Shown here: positions 17,417 to 30,300 of the stretch, in pieces
Position numbering within the stretch: position 1 is the first letter of the stretch
Layout: each line of letters begins with the position of its first letter
Source: Ministeria vibrans ATCC 50519
Lineage: Eukaryota; Protista; Filasterea
Direction of reading: 5' to 3'
Assembly (NCBI GenBank): GCA_943704425.1
Contig: CALSCP010001890.1
Location: 20,656-84,655, forward strand
Length of the DNA: 64,000 nt
Notes under the pieces: model-generated
What the model saw: the letters and a program-made list of their open reading frames with translations, nothing else
Database searches by the model: none
What the model was told of the DNA's origin: nothing
Program-made: the position numbers and the translations under genes

Positions 17417-20400
17417 TTAGGCAAATTCAAACCCTTGACTACCACAACGAATGGCGACTAGAAGCCTTTCACAAAGCTGCTCCTTGGAGTCATACTCGGG
17501 AATCTTGAGAAGATTGAAACAGGTGGAGGCGGAGGGGAGGCGCTCAGAGCCAGGGTCACAGCGCAGTTTGGACAGAGTGAAGCAGACGAGGCCTCCGCCG
17601 GCGGACGGGAGTTTCGAAAAGCCATGCATTGGTACGCGACTGCAGCCAGTGGCAAACTGAAGCAATCCCGCCAGATCTTCTTGACTCAACGAGCGCGTAA
17701 TCTCCCAGAACCACTGCAGATGAAGGGACAAATTTGAGACATTTCTCTCTTGCTCTCTCTCTCTCATTTTCAAACTTACAACGACCACTGGAGAATCTTT
17801 ATCAAACCCTCCTGTGTAGACGGTGTGGCGTTCCCAGTCGTCCACGTCAATCTCGGGCAGTCCACTGATGAGCAGCTCTAGCTCAAAATCGTTGAACATG
17901 GTCACGAGAGTGGGCGGAACAATCTGAACGTCACCGATAGTGTCAGCAACATGCGCACGTACCATTGTAGAGAAAGAAAGAGAGAAAGAAGAGAAGAAGA
18001 AAAAAACAAAGCGATCGAGAGGGAGAAAGAGAGAAAGGAGGAAGAAAGATCAAAGAAACAAAGTGATGGAGAGGGAGAGAAAGAAAAAGAGAGAGAAAAG
18101 GTACCTCGTGGAACCCCATGAGGAAACTCAAGAGCTGCGAACCAATGGCAGAGGTCATCTTGAGCTGCGTCGAGAGGTGCACGTACTCGCGCTTGTTGGC
18201 TTCGGTGACGGGCACGTTTGCGCCGTCGGGAACCAGCTGGACCACTTCGGTGCACCCAACCTTGTCAACTTCGACGGCAAACGTGATGCCCAGCTGCAAG
18301 TCGCTAATATCGTTATCAAGGATCCACTGCAGCGACCGGTAGTACTCGGGATCGATGCTTGCGACGTCCCGGTAGTCGAGTGCAATTCCACACGCGTGCT
18401 TGTACAGCGACCGCGTAAAGTGCACGTCCAGCAGGTTCTCATGGTACAGCGCCAGACCCAACACCCGTCCGGCAAACCGAAAGTACGAGAGATGGTCTGG
18501 GTTGAGCACACACGAGTTTGGGTTGGGCTGCACTGTTACTCCGTCCGTACTGAACACAAACAGTCCGTAGTCCGGATTGAGAATTTCACGTCCCAACTGA
18601 TCAAACCACTCGCGTCGCACTCCCGCGCCAGTTCCTTAAACAACCCACGACACAACGCGCACGTAAGAACACAAAATGTCAACAAAAATGCAACGGTAAA
18701 TGCGCTCCTTACCGGCTTCTCCTTTGAACCGCACCGAAAAGGATTCATTCAGCATCTTCTTGAGGTCAAGACCCGCAAGGGCAACACACGAGTCCTCGAT
18801 GAGATGAGCCCGATCGACCTCGAGGACATCGACGAGGCTCCAGACGGGGTCAAGGTTGCGCGATGGCTGACTGTGCAGATACTCGTAAAACCACTTGCGC
18901 CGCTCAGCAAGGGGCTGGGCGCGCACCACGTCCTGGAAGCGACTGAGCAGCGACGGGTGCTCGAGGAGGAAGTGGAAGTGCCGGAAAATCACTTTAGCAT
19001 CACGACCAACAATGGTGCGCAACACTGCTTCGTGGCGGTCCATGAAGACGCGAAACCGCACTCCTTCGTGGCCCATTTCGTCAAAGAACTTGGAGTAAAG
19101 TCGATAGGCATTGATGACAGCCGCAATGCGGTCAATGAAGCGCAACGACAATACCTGGCGCGGCTCTTCGCCGTCCGCACGTCCACTCGGCATCTCTCCT
19201 ACCTCTCCTACCTCTCCTACCTCTCCTTCTTCCTCTCCTTCTGCCTCTTCCTCTTCTTCTTCTTCTTCTTCTTCTTCTTCCTCCTCCTCCTCCTTCTTCT
19301 CTTCGCGTCCAATAAAGTTGAGCCACTCTTCAAGTGTGGCAAAAAGTGCATTGGCGCCGCCCAGCTTGACGACGAGTTGGGGTACCGCAACGAGAATGTA
19401 GAGACGAGCAAAGCGCAGAAAGATCGCAATCTCTTCAGCATTTTCTTCGTTGGTGCACAGATTGACAAGACGGCCGTGCGACAAGAGCCGCTGGCCCGTG
19501 TTCACAAAAGCGTTTTCGAGATGCGACGCAAGGGTGGAGCGCACGTCGGGCCGCTCCTTCATGACACGCTCAAAAAAGCTCCTGAACATCGATTCTTCGA
19601 CATCGAGCGACGGTATGAGACACATAATGTCATGTAGTGCCATTGTGGTGGTGCGGTTGAAGAAGAGCATAGCGCAGTTGCAAAAGTTGGCGCGCAAACA
19701 CAGACGCAGTGGGGTCTCACCGGCGTCGTCGGCACTCACGACTGCCCCACGGTCCAGCAACAGACGTACACACTCGGTCTGACCGTAGCGACTCGCAAAG
19801 TAGACGGGTGTGCGCCCTGTGCGATCCCGTGCATTGATATCCGCCGGAGGTTGGTGGTCCAGCAACCGCAACATCGATTTGAGGTGACCATTTTGGCACG
19901 CAAAGTGCAGTGCTGTCTGGCCCTGGGTATCGCGCAAATCAATGTGCGCCCCCAAGTCAAGCAGGTATGCCACCATTTCAGTGCGACCATTGGACGCAAG
20001 CCAGTGTAGTGCTGTGAGTCCTTCACGGTTCTCAGCGTGCAAATCGGCACCCGCATCAATCAGGATTCTCAACTGCGCCTAAAAAAAAGTAATAAAAAAT
20101 AAATAAAAACAGGGGATCGACAATTCAGTGTCAGCATAGTGTCAACCTGGAGCAAGAAAACAAGATGAAATAGGCTTATTGGAGAATTTGAGGGGGTGGA
20201 ACAGAACCACAAGACACCCCACAAAGACCACAAAGACATTCACACTCACCGCAAAGACATTCACACTCACCACAACGACGCACAACAACGACACACACAA
20301 AACGCATACCACAAAGACATACATACACACACACCACAAAAACATTTTCACTTACTCACTCATTCACTCACTCACTCACTCACTCACTCACTCACAAACA

Positions 20401-21151
20401 CACAAAATCATAATGAATCTTAATGGATCTCAATGGAAATGCATCAGATATATACGTGGAAAGTGCCCAGGGAAAACAAGCGGGCGCAAGCGGCGTCCCT
20501 CAGCGGTACGATGAGCACAAGGTTTGAACTTGCACAAAAAATAGAAATGCCAAGAAAAAAAGAAAAAAAAGATACAGATTTCAAGAGAGGACGCACGAGC
20601 AACACAGCTAGTGTGGTCTATGACGGCGGTGTGATTAAAAATAAAATACCTTGTACCCGTTGCGCGCAGCGAGATGAAGCGGTGAATTGTGAGCCAAGTC
20701 AAACACGTTTGGGTTGGCCTTGCGCGCCAGCAGCACCGCGGTGCACTCGGTGGCGCCAACACTCGCGGCAACATGCATGAGAGTGCGCTTGGCCCGTCCA
20801 AAGCATGCATTGACGTTGAATGTGGCTGCGTTGAGTGTGAGCTGTCGATCCAGTTGCTTGGACGAGTTCCGCAGAATCAAGTTGAAATACACAGATATTT
20901 CCTACGGATGTGAGCACGCAGTAGAAACCATGGGTGAGTGGGGTCGCGTATAGTGTGTGGGGGCCAAGATGCGATTGAGATTTGTCACAGGAAAGGGGTG
21001 TGAGGGGTCATTGAGTTGAGCGGGTTGAGGAACTTCGTACGTCAGCTTCGTGCGACGCAGGCTCTGACATAGCCGCCTCCATTGCCGCGTGTGCATCCAG
21101 AAGGGTTCCTCCTGAGCCCGTGCGCGATCGGTTGTTGAAGAATCGAAGCAT
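17417..21151 (-). CDS. HACE1: Ankyrin-repeat HECT E3 ubiquitin ligase HACE1 (multi-exon)
   Basis: [19 protein letters not shown] matches the HACE1 N-terminus; ankyrin repeats ([28 protein letters not shown]); [23 protein letters not shown] and catalytic [12 protein letters not shown]. Confidence 0.92.
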
Positions 21152-21500
21152 AGTGAAGAAAATTAATGTGTAGAAAATAAAATATTCACCAACAGAAGTT
21201 ACAAAAGAAGCAATGGAATATTTGCATTGAGGCAACCTCAGCAGACGTCGCTGTACTTTTAAATCTCGCTTATACACTTGACACTTGCTTAGTTGCTTCT
21301 TGTGAACGGTTGCATCAAATATATATCGCGGGGAGAGGCACGAGGACGATGAGAAGTGCGCGAAAAAAAACTCTACATTACTAGTGACTCTCCTCAGAGC
21401 ACTATCAAAAAAATGGCATCTTCTTGCGCAAGCAACTTGGGAATTGGGATGAAACTCCCATCAAACAGTGTACGGCACTAACAGCAGCACGCTTTTTTCA

Positions 21501-21886
21501 TTATTCTTTGTATAGCTTGTAGAGTGATGCGGTTCCCGAAAAGGTCGTGTCAGTCACAAATTTGACGCGGAAGTGTCCCATTCCTGTGCTGCATCCGCCA
21601 GAAAACTGCCCCAGTGTATTAGCATTGGCCGAGCCGCGCCAGTGCCCTTGACCGTTGAGACGAACGTTTTGTGGACGTCCCATTGGGCTGATCCACATCT
21701 GGAAGGCACTCACCGTATACGAGTTACTGGTGATCTTGTCTGACAAAACCACATGGGCAGCTGATGTACTCTGCTGGGTTGTCGTAGAATCAGAATACCA
21801 GTACTTCAAGTTGGAGCTACAACCAGAAGTGGTCTTGGCGTCCGTATTTTGGGGACAGGACTTGCAAACAGAGTTCCAAGTAAACG
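21501..21886 (-). CDS. Orphan ORF or gene fragment with a beta-rich domain; start not resolved
   Basis: Open frame 21886-21501 (extends the 102-aa ORF track call upstream; no in-frame ATG before the internal Met); protein-like Ser/Thr/Gly/aromatic composition; clean TAA stop. Confidence 0.4.
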
Positions 21887-22231
21887 CTCATAGACACTAA
21901 TGACTACTCCGTACGGAGTACTCACTAAACTCATACCGTTCATCATGCAAAAAACAAATGTCAACTTTCAGCCCGAAAATGAAAATTAGAATTTTGCGAA
22001 CTTTACTTTGGTTGATCGCCACAAGAAACGCAAATGCTCGCAGCCTCAGGCACTACGTGCACGTTCCTATTGATCTATCGTGCCTAGAACATAGTCATAG
22101 ATAACGCACACCATCCAGTGAGTAGACGAGGAGTACTCCTCAGTCTCACACACAAAAGTCACACTCACAGTCACACACTAACAAGTAACACACACATTTT
22201 TTTCGTCAACGACCCACCCTTGACTTGTCGA

Positions 22232-24940
22232 ATGCTTCGTCCTGCTGCGCTACCCAGGCAGCTCCCCCTGGTGCTGGGCCGACACGCCCGCAGTTCGTCG
22301 TCCGACACCCACCCGCCAACCCAAGCGCGTGCTGTGGTCGTTGGCGGCGGCATCATTGGCAGTAGCGTTGCGTATCACCTTGCGAGAGCCAATGGATGGA
22401 AAGGCTCCGACGTTTTGTTGCTGGAAAAGCACTCTGGTGAGCTTTTTGTGTTTTTGTTTCTTTTTCGTTTTTGAAAACGTCGCTGTGTCCTGCAGTGACA
22501 AGCGGCACGACGTGGCACGCTGCGGGCTTGTGTGTGACGTTTGGATCGTTGTCGGAGACGTCGACGCGCATGCGACAGTACACAAAGACGCTGTATCGCG
22601 ATGTGCTGGAGGCGGAGACGGGTCAGGCGACGGGCTTTCGCGGCTGTGGCTTCATCGAGCTTGCAACCAACGCAGATCGACTCACCGAGTTTCGTCGCGT
22701 GTCTGCCTTCAACCGACATATGGGCATTGACGTCCAGGAGATTTCGCCGCGCGAAGTCCAAACGTTGTTTCCACTCTGTCGTGTTGACGACGTGCTTGCT
22801 GGCTTCTACGTGCCCACCGACGGACGTGTCAATCCTGTCGACGCCACCAATGCCCTGGTGAAAGGAGCGCGCATGAAGGGTGTCAAGATCATGGAAAATA
22901 CCCCCGTTGCGTCTGTCAAGACAGAGAACGGACGTGCAACGGGTGTCGTGCTCGAGTCAGGCCACGAGATTCAATCTGAGTTTGTCGTCAATTGTGCCGG
23001 TATACTATACAATACTGCTTCTCGAGATTGCCAAACTAATGCGATCGACAACATCGCATAATTTTACCATCTTTTTTTTTTGCGTATGCGTAGGAATGTG
23101 GGCACGACAGCTGGCAAGCAAATCGGGAGTGTCGGTGCCGAACCAGGCAGCGGAGCACTACTATCTGATCACGGCGCCCATGGACGACGTGGACCCACTC
23201 TGGCCGGTCGTCGAGGACCCTTCGTCGTACACTTACATCCGCCCCGAGGCTGGCGGGCTTATGGTGGGGCTTTTTGAGCCGGAGGCGGCCGCATGGAATG
23301 TCAAGTCGGTGCCGGACGAATTTGCGTTTGGCGAGATTGAGCCGGATCTGACACGAATGACACCCTTCCTCGAGAAGGCATGCTCGCGTGTGCCGCGCAC
23401 CCTTGAAGTAGGCATGAAGAAGTTTTTTTGTGGTCCCGAGAGCTTTACGCCAGACCTGGCGCCCTACGTGGGCGAGGCACCCGAACTGCGCAACTACTTT
23501 GTCGCGGCGGGACTCAACTCAATTGGAATTTTGACAGGCGGTGGAGTGGGTCGTCTGCTGGCCACGTGGATTGCCGAGGGGCGGCCCGACATGGACGTGA
23601 CCGCCATCAATGTAGACCGTGCGCGCGACTACGAGACAAATCGTGAGTTTCGCGGAGCGCGTGTCGTCGAGTCGCTGGGTCTCGTCTACCGTCCGCACTA
23701 TCCGTTTTTCACGCATGAAACTGCGCGCAACGTGAAGAAATCGCCGCTGCACGAGCGTCTCGAGGCGCGTCGGGGCTTTTTCCGCCCGGTCAGTGGCTGG
23801 GAGTGTCCTGCATGGTACGCGCCCGAGGGCCACACGCCCAGTGAGTACGCGGGCAGGCTGGGCTGGGGCCGGCCCGACTGGTTTGCGCAGTGGGAGCGGG
23901 AGCATCGAGCATGTCGCGAGCGCGCGGTGCTCATTGACATGTCATTCATGTCCAAGTTTTTGGTGGTGGGGCGCGACGCAGGGCGGGTGCTCAATCGACT
24001 GGCGACCGCTAATGTCGACGGTGCCAGTGGACGCATCCACTACACACAGTTCCTGTCAGACGAGGGGAAACTTGAGGCAGACGTAACCGTGATGAAGGAG
24101 CACTCGGAGCGGTTTGTGGTTATTGCGACGGACACAGCCCATCGCCATGTCGAGACGTGGCTGCGACGACACATTCCTGCTGACGCACACGCTTTTGTCT
24201 CAGACATTACGGGCGGCCACGCACAAATTAATGTGCAGGGTCCCGAGTCGCGCGCCTTGCTGCAGACACTGACGGAGGAGGATCTCAGCGACGCCGCCTT
24301 TCCCTTCCTCACCGCGCGCACCATTCCCTTTGGCCTAGCACGCGTGGTCTGTGCGCGCATCACGTATGTGGGCGAGCTCGGCTATGAGCTGCACGTGCCG
24401 GCCGAGCACGCGCGTCACGTCTACGATCGCATCACGAGTGCCTATCCCGACCTGCAGCACGCGGGCCTCAGCGCCCTGGGTTCGCTGCGCCTCGAAAAGG
24501 CCTATCGCGACTTTGGCCACGACATGGACAACACGGACACGCTGCTCGAGTGCGGTCTGGGTTTTACATGCGACTTTGACAAGGCGGGTGGCTTCCAAGG
24601 ACGCGACGCGGTGCTGGCGCAGAAGCAAGCGGGACTCGCGCGTCTTCCACAACGCCTTGTGCAGGTGTGCGTGCAGGACCCACAGCCAATGATGTTCCAT
24701 GGCGAGGTTGTCTACTGCAATGGGGAGCGGGTTGGCGATATCCGTGCCGCCTCGTACGGCCACACACTTGGCGGCTCAGTGGGCCTTGCGATGGTCAAAC
24801 GACCTCCCTCCGCCGACCGTCTTGACGCCGCCTTCCTGCGCAGCGCAGAGTGGCACGTTGAGATTGCCAATGAGCGCTACCCTGCGCGCCTCTCCCTCGT
24901 GCCCATGTACGACCCAAAGAACGAGAAGATCAAACAATGA
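22232..24940 (+). CDS. Mitochondrial sarcosine/dimethylglycine dehydrogenase-family flavoprotein (DAO + GcvT domains); 3 exons
   Basis: Arg-rich transit peptide; VVVGGGIIG FAD motif; TSGTTWHAAG; GPESFTPD; RITYVGELGYEL; LRLEKAYR; introns 22437-22495 and 23000-23093. Confidence 0.92.
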
Positions 24941-24976
24941 AACAAAAGCGACTGAAAGAGAGAGATGTACAAAAAT

Positions 24977-25507
24977 TTATCTTGGATGGACAATGTCCTG
25001 AAGCCAGGCATTAAGACCGACGGCTGTGGCACCAGCCAAGGCAATGCCGCACGTGTCGGCCACCGACGCAACACCAAGCGACCATTCCCGTCGACTGCTC
25101 TCCACTTCCTGTGCGGATTAAACACGCAGACGGACAAAGAGAGACACACACAGAAAAAGACATAGAATGTGAGAATGCGACACAGAGAGTGAGACAATCA
25201 GAACAGTACGCAAAAGGCTGACAAGAGAAAAAAGGGAACATCCAAACACACACACACACAAGGTATACCTTTGTGATGTTGGCAAATGCATTGACATAGG
25301 TCGCTCCGCCTAAGAGCCCCTCATAGAAGATAATACCAAACATAATCCAGATGGACGCAGTGATAAACTCAAAGCGGGCGTCAATCAGAAGGAACACAAA
25401 GTTGACAACCTGTGAGAGAAGAGCCATTAAATTATTATTATTATTATATTGTTGTTGTTGTTGTTGTTGTTATTATTATTATTATATTGTTGTTGTTGTT
25501 GTTGTTG

Positions 25508-25560
<53 letters not shown>

Positions 25561-25895
25561 AATTATTATTGTTGTTGTTGTTATTTTGAGCGTGTGTAGA
25601 ACTGACTTGTAAGAGAGCTAAAATCCAGAGACGTCTGAACTGCACAAAATTGACAGAGGAACGAGAGACAAAAACTCCCAATTGGTAGGTGAAGGACATC
25701 CAGCGGTACTGAGCGCTCTTGGATAAACTGATTGAGCCCCAGAAAATGTGCTGAGTCAGTCCCTTTGAAGAAAACGAGATTGTGAGTAATGGGTATGGAT
25801 TTGTGAGTGAGATCGGTTCTGACTTGATTGATGCAATACTCTGCGTAGTACACCACAAACAGCGGAATCATATACTTCAATAGAGGCTATAAAAA

Positions 25896-25939
<44 letters not shown>

Positions 25940-27231
25940 ACAGACAGACACACACACACATGAGACATCAGTACTTTGATAAGAGTGAGCTTCTGAGCAA
26001 AAGGAAGTGCGGTTGCTTCGACGATGGGAAGAGAAGCGACGGAAATGGACTCGTCTGGAGAAGTAGCAGTGACTTTGATGGAGTTAGACGACGAACCAGC
26101 GTCTGTGGTGTTGCTTTGACTGTTGAGGAGGGGAGAGACGTCTGAGTGGGAATGGAGAGCAATGGGCGACAGAGGAGAGCCGAGAACGACAAAGTAGGCT
26201 AGCGCGAGCAGCACCGGCACAATCAGCATAATGAGTAGTTCTATGCGGGGCGACACAAGCTCAGTGAGTCCTGCGTAGGTCAGCGAACCAATAGCGCCCG
26301 CTGCGCCCGTCCCGGACGACCATGCCGAGACGCTATTGCGGTGATAGTGCGAGCTTAGAGACAGAAAAGTGATTTCGCCTAGGCCGCTGCTGAACGATGC
26401 ACACATTACGCCAACGATTGAGAGCCATAGTACTTTGGCCTAGAAGAGAATAATACAAATTGATACAATGCATGGTTGCATTCAGTGCTTTACCTCGGCA
26501 ACGGTCACAAACGATGCGACTGCTAAAAGTGTCACCATCCACACTCGGACGTTGTAGGGTATTCTGTGGACAAAGAAAGGCGCTGTGGCTTTGACCTAAG
26601 CATGGGTTCAAGTTAGATTCGGGTGGAGTAAAGAGAGAGTGTGTGTGTGTTAGAGAGGAGAGGGCGCGTTGTATTCCAAGTGGGTGAAGGTCTCAGTCGC
26701 CCGACACACAACGTACCAACAAAGTAGGCAAGATGTCGGCAAGAAGAATAATACCAGTGCCAAACCCGGGGGTGCCCTCGAGGATATCCTCGGCTGCGCT
26801 CAGCATCTAAAATTAGAGTGGTTACGAAGGAGGAGACAAGAGATATGATCATCTTAGTGCACCAACTCACTTGCACATAAGCGAAATTGTTCGTCAGGCC
26901 GAGCACCCAGAACCCAACCAGGTCGCGAAAACGCTGTACATGACGCACACCCAGCCCGGTGTCTTCGTCGCCGCTCGCCACATCCGCTGTCGGCTGCGCA
27001 TCGTCAATTTGATCGTCCGGTAAAAAATCACCTGAAACCACAACAAGAAAAAAGTGAAAAAAGCAGCAAAACTCCGCCTTTTAGCCAAGGTTCAACCGTC
27101 ATAAAGGAATGGTATACAAAGGACAGCGCAATGCAGCGAATCGGCGAGCGAGCATAGAGAGGGGGAGGCCGCGTACCAACTTCAATGTCCCGTTCGCTCG
27201 CAATCAAGGCAGCCTCTTCCTCGTCACTCAT
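24977..27231 (-). CDS. CLN3: Battenin / CLN3 (Btn1) lysosomal membrane protein, multi-exon
   Basis: [74 protein letters not shown]. Confidence 0.93.
25430..25585. repeat. (ATT)n/(GTT)n trinucleotide microsatellite in a CLN3 intron
   Basis: Visible directly in the sequence. Confidence 0.9.
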
Positions 27232-27370
27232 CCGTGACGTATGTGGTTGGAAAAGACTCACTGTGCGCTCAAAATACTAAAGTGAGTGAGTCTGTGTCTC
27301 TGTGAGTCAAGTGACTAGATACGCAGTGAGACAAGTCAATGAATAATAATTTTACTATAATTATTTTTCT

Positions 27371-30300
27371 ATGGACGCTGAATATCTGAAACGCAAAGTC
27401 GGCGACGCTCTTGCTCGAGCAATTGCAGAAATCAACCTTGTTCATCCTGCAGGTGAGTAGAGCTCCTCTCCTTTCTCCAGAGAAAAAAAAGCTATTGCCA
27501 TGACAACGAATAAATAAAAATCGTTTCTCTCAGACCCCGTCGAGTATCTGTCGCAATGGTTGTACCAACACAAGGCAAACGAGGTTGCCACGGCACAGTC
27601 CAGGGCAGACGCTAAGAAACTCGAACAAGAGCGCGCAGTGGCGGAGCGCGGCCGTCGGACGCTCCAGGCAATCCACCATCTAGAAACGACCGTGGCACAC
27701 CGCACAGAGCGCGCAAGCCACGCCGACGAAACGTGTCGTCGTCAGCGAAACTACCAGCGATCGCAGGAGTACATCATTCGCACAAAACGACGTCTGGCGG
27801 GTACACCAGCAGAAGCAGAAGCATCTCGACATGTCTACACTTCTAACAGCTTTGTCGTGTTCCGCTTAGAATATCGTCGTCAAGAAGCCAATCAAGAGAT
27901 TGATCCAGTGCCCCTTGTGCAGCGCGAGTATGATTTGGTGACACACGACTTGGGTCGCCTGGACAAGGAGACGCTTGCCGAGCTGAAACTCGCCGACGAG
28001 AGTGACTTTGAGGAGCCCATGGTGCAGACGGTGCGTGGCGTGCTTTATGTGCTCGGCTACGAGCAAGAGCTCGTCGACGAGTGGGAGGATTGCCAACGCG
28101 TTGTGGCGCATCCCAACTTTATTCAGACACTCACGCGATGCGACGCGACCCAGAGCGGACGCTGTTTACAGCGCGCGGCGCATGTCACGGCAGGACTGGA
28201 CCGCACGCGAATCCTCAGCTGTGGTCTTTTTCCGACCATGCTACTGCGCTACCTAGACGCTTCGGCCGCCGTGTACAACAGACGATGCGAAGCGGAGCGT
28301 CACGAGGACGAAGCGCTTGAGAAGAGCACTCTCGAGACACGTGATGCGGCGGCAGCAGCGACAGTTGAGGCAGAGACGCTGGTGCAGGAGAAGCGCCAGA
28401 AGATGGAGGAGGTGCAGAAGACAAAGTGGAGCATGAAGGCACTGGGAGGAGGAGGAAAAGCAGAAGGAGAAGAAGACGTCGAAGAAGACGAAGAGTGCGA
28501 GGATGAGGCGGCGCCGGATGAGGAGGAACAAGCACGACTAGAGGAGACGGAGACAGAGCTGGAGGTGCTCAAGGAGGAGATGGAAGAGCTCACAAAGCAA
28601 CTGGAGGAGCACAAGAGAAAGCTAACGGCGAGTGAGAGACATCTGGTGGCCGTGCGCGAGCGACTGGCGCTGTCCGTCGCCGTCATTGCCATAGGAAAGG
28701 ATGACAACAACGAGGAGGACGAAGACCGAGGGGCAGGGACCGAAGAAGACGACGACGACGAAGAGGCGTTGTTCAAAAAGGACTCGCCGGATATAGAGGG
28801 ACTGTTGCATGTGCGGCCACTGATGGACTCGTGTGAGATTGCCCCCGAGGCGCAGACGGCACCAATAAGTTTGCGTGTGACATGGGCGTCGCGCAAGAAG
28901 ACACACGACGGTAGCGACGAGCACGGAGCGCACGAGTCGCTGACTCACTCGTGGACCGCAGCGCGACAGCGACTGGAGGAAGAAGAGGCACAAAAGAGTG
29001 AGAATGGGGAAAAGGGGGAGGGGGAGTCGTTGCGTGCACGTGTGCAGTTGGTGCCAATGGTGGTGCTTTGCGACCAGATGGGTGCGGTGGTTGATACGCT
29101 GCAAGCGTCGTCGTCGCCCTCCTCTGCGTGCTACGACTCAAGTGAGTCAGTAAGCTTGCGCGAGGTAGACAGTCGTTCGCAGCAGTTGTGCGTTGACATG
29201 CACTTGTCGCGTGTGCCGCCCTCGGTGCGTGCCCTTCTCTTTGGTGCGACCCTTCACGATGAACATGCGTCTATGACGACCGTCCACCAGCTGTCGGTGG
29301 CTCTGATGTCCGCTGCGACAACGTCAAGCACTGTCATTGTCGCGCAGCAGGCGCACGTTGAGCGAGACCTTGCCGTGCGATTGGACGCACGAGAGGACGC
29401 AGATCTAGAGGACCAAGAACGCGCTTCGCCACCGCTCAAAGCCCGTGACGCAAGTGGAGTGTTGGTGGGCTGTTTGTGGCGCAGTCCTTTTGATGACGAC
29501 AGCTGGACGTACACTGCGCTTGCGGAACTGATTGCCCCGCGCAGCGGCGACCCTGAAGGCTGTGCCGTGGTGGGACGGCGTGCGTTGGAGACGCTTGGTG
29601 TGTTGGACCCGCTGAAGACGCTTGGCGCTCAAGTGGCGGGCAACCGCATGTCACTGCGACGAGGTGAGACAGTTGGACTGCACACGGGCGGACGGTGGGC
29701 GCTGAAGACACACTACACGGCCAAGGAGGCGACGCAGCCCGAGGTGGTCTCCTCTGTGGTTCTGTACGCCAGTGCTGACGATCCCGATCAAAGCGGTGGT
29801 CTGCCTGACGCGGTACCACTGCGGCGTGTGGGCGTTGTTTCTGCGGAGACTCCGGCCGACGAGCGACCGCCAGGTGTCGTGTACGAGACCCTGCCCGAGA
29901 GCGCGCTGGAGACTCTCAGCGAATTTGTCACCATTGACACGGAGGCACTCGCCGATGACGTTGTCTCACTTGTCGTTGCCGTGCACGTCGTCAATAGCTG
30001 TACTTTGCGCGATATTTCCGACGTGGATGCCATTCTCGAGGAGTGGAGCGCTCCGCCCGAGCCAGTTGACGCAAAGGATGTGCTCCCGTCGAGCCCCGTC
30101 GTTGCAGCCAAGAAGCCAGCAACGCCTCTCGTGCGCGCCGGAAGCATCGTGGTCGCGGACATGATTACCGAGGAGGACGAAGACGAAGTGGACGACAACG
30201 TCAACAGCAACAATGGCGAAAGCGATTCGGCGGCGGTGCAGGAGCACACGGACCGTGCGGGACCGAACCCCTCGACGGCAGTCCAGCTGGCGCGGTTCTC

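Noticed and set aside
19190-19300. GEV x3 tandem repeat and poly-Glu run in HACE1
   Set aside because: Ordinary coding microsatellite slippage, common across this window
17940-19637. 565-aa plus-strand ORF
   Set aside because: Antisense shadow of HACE1 codons; the same applies to the shadow ORFs over GM130, symplekin and AQR
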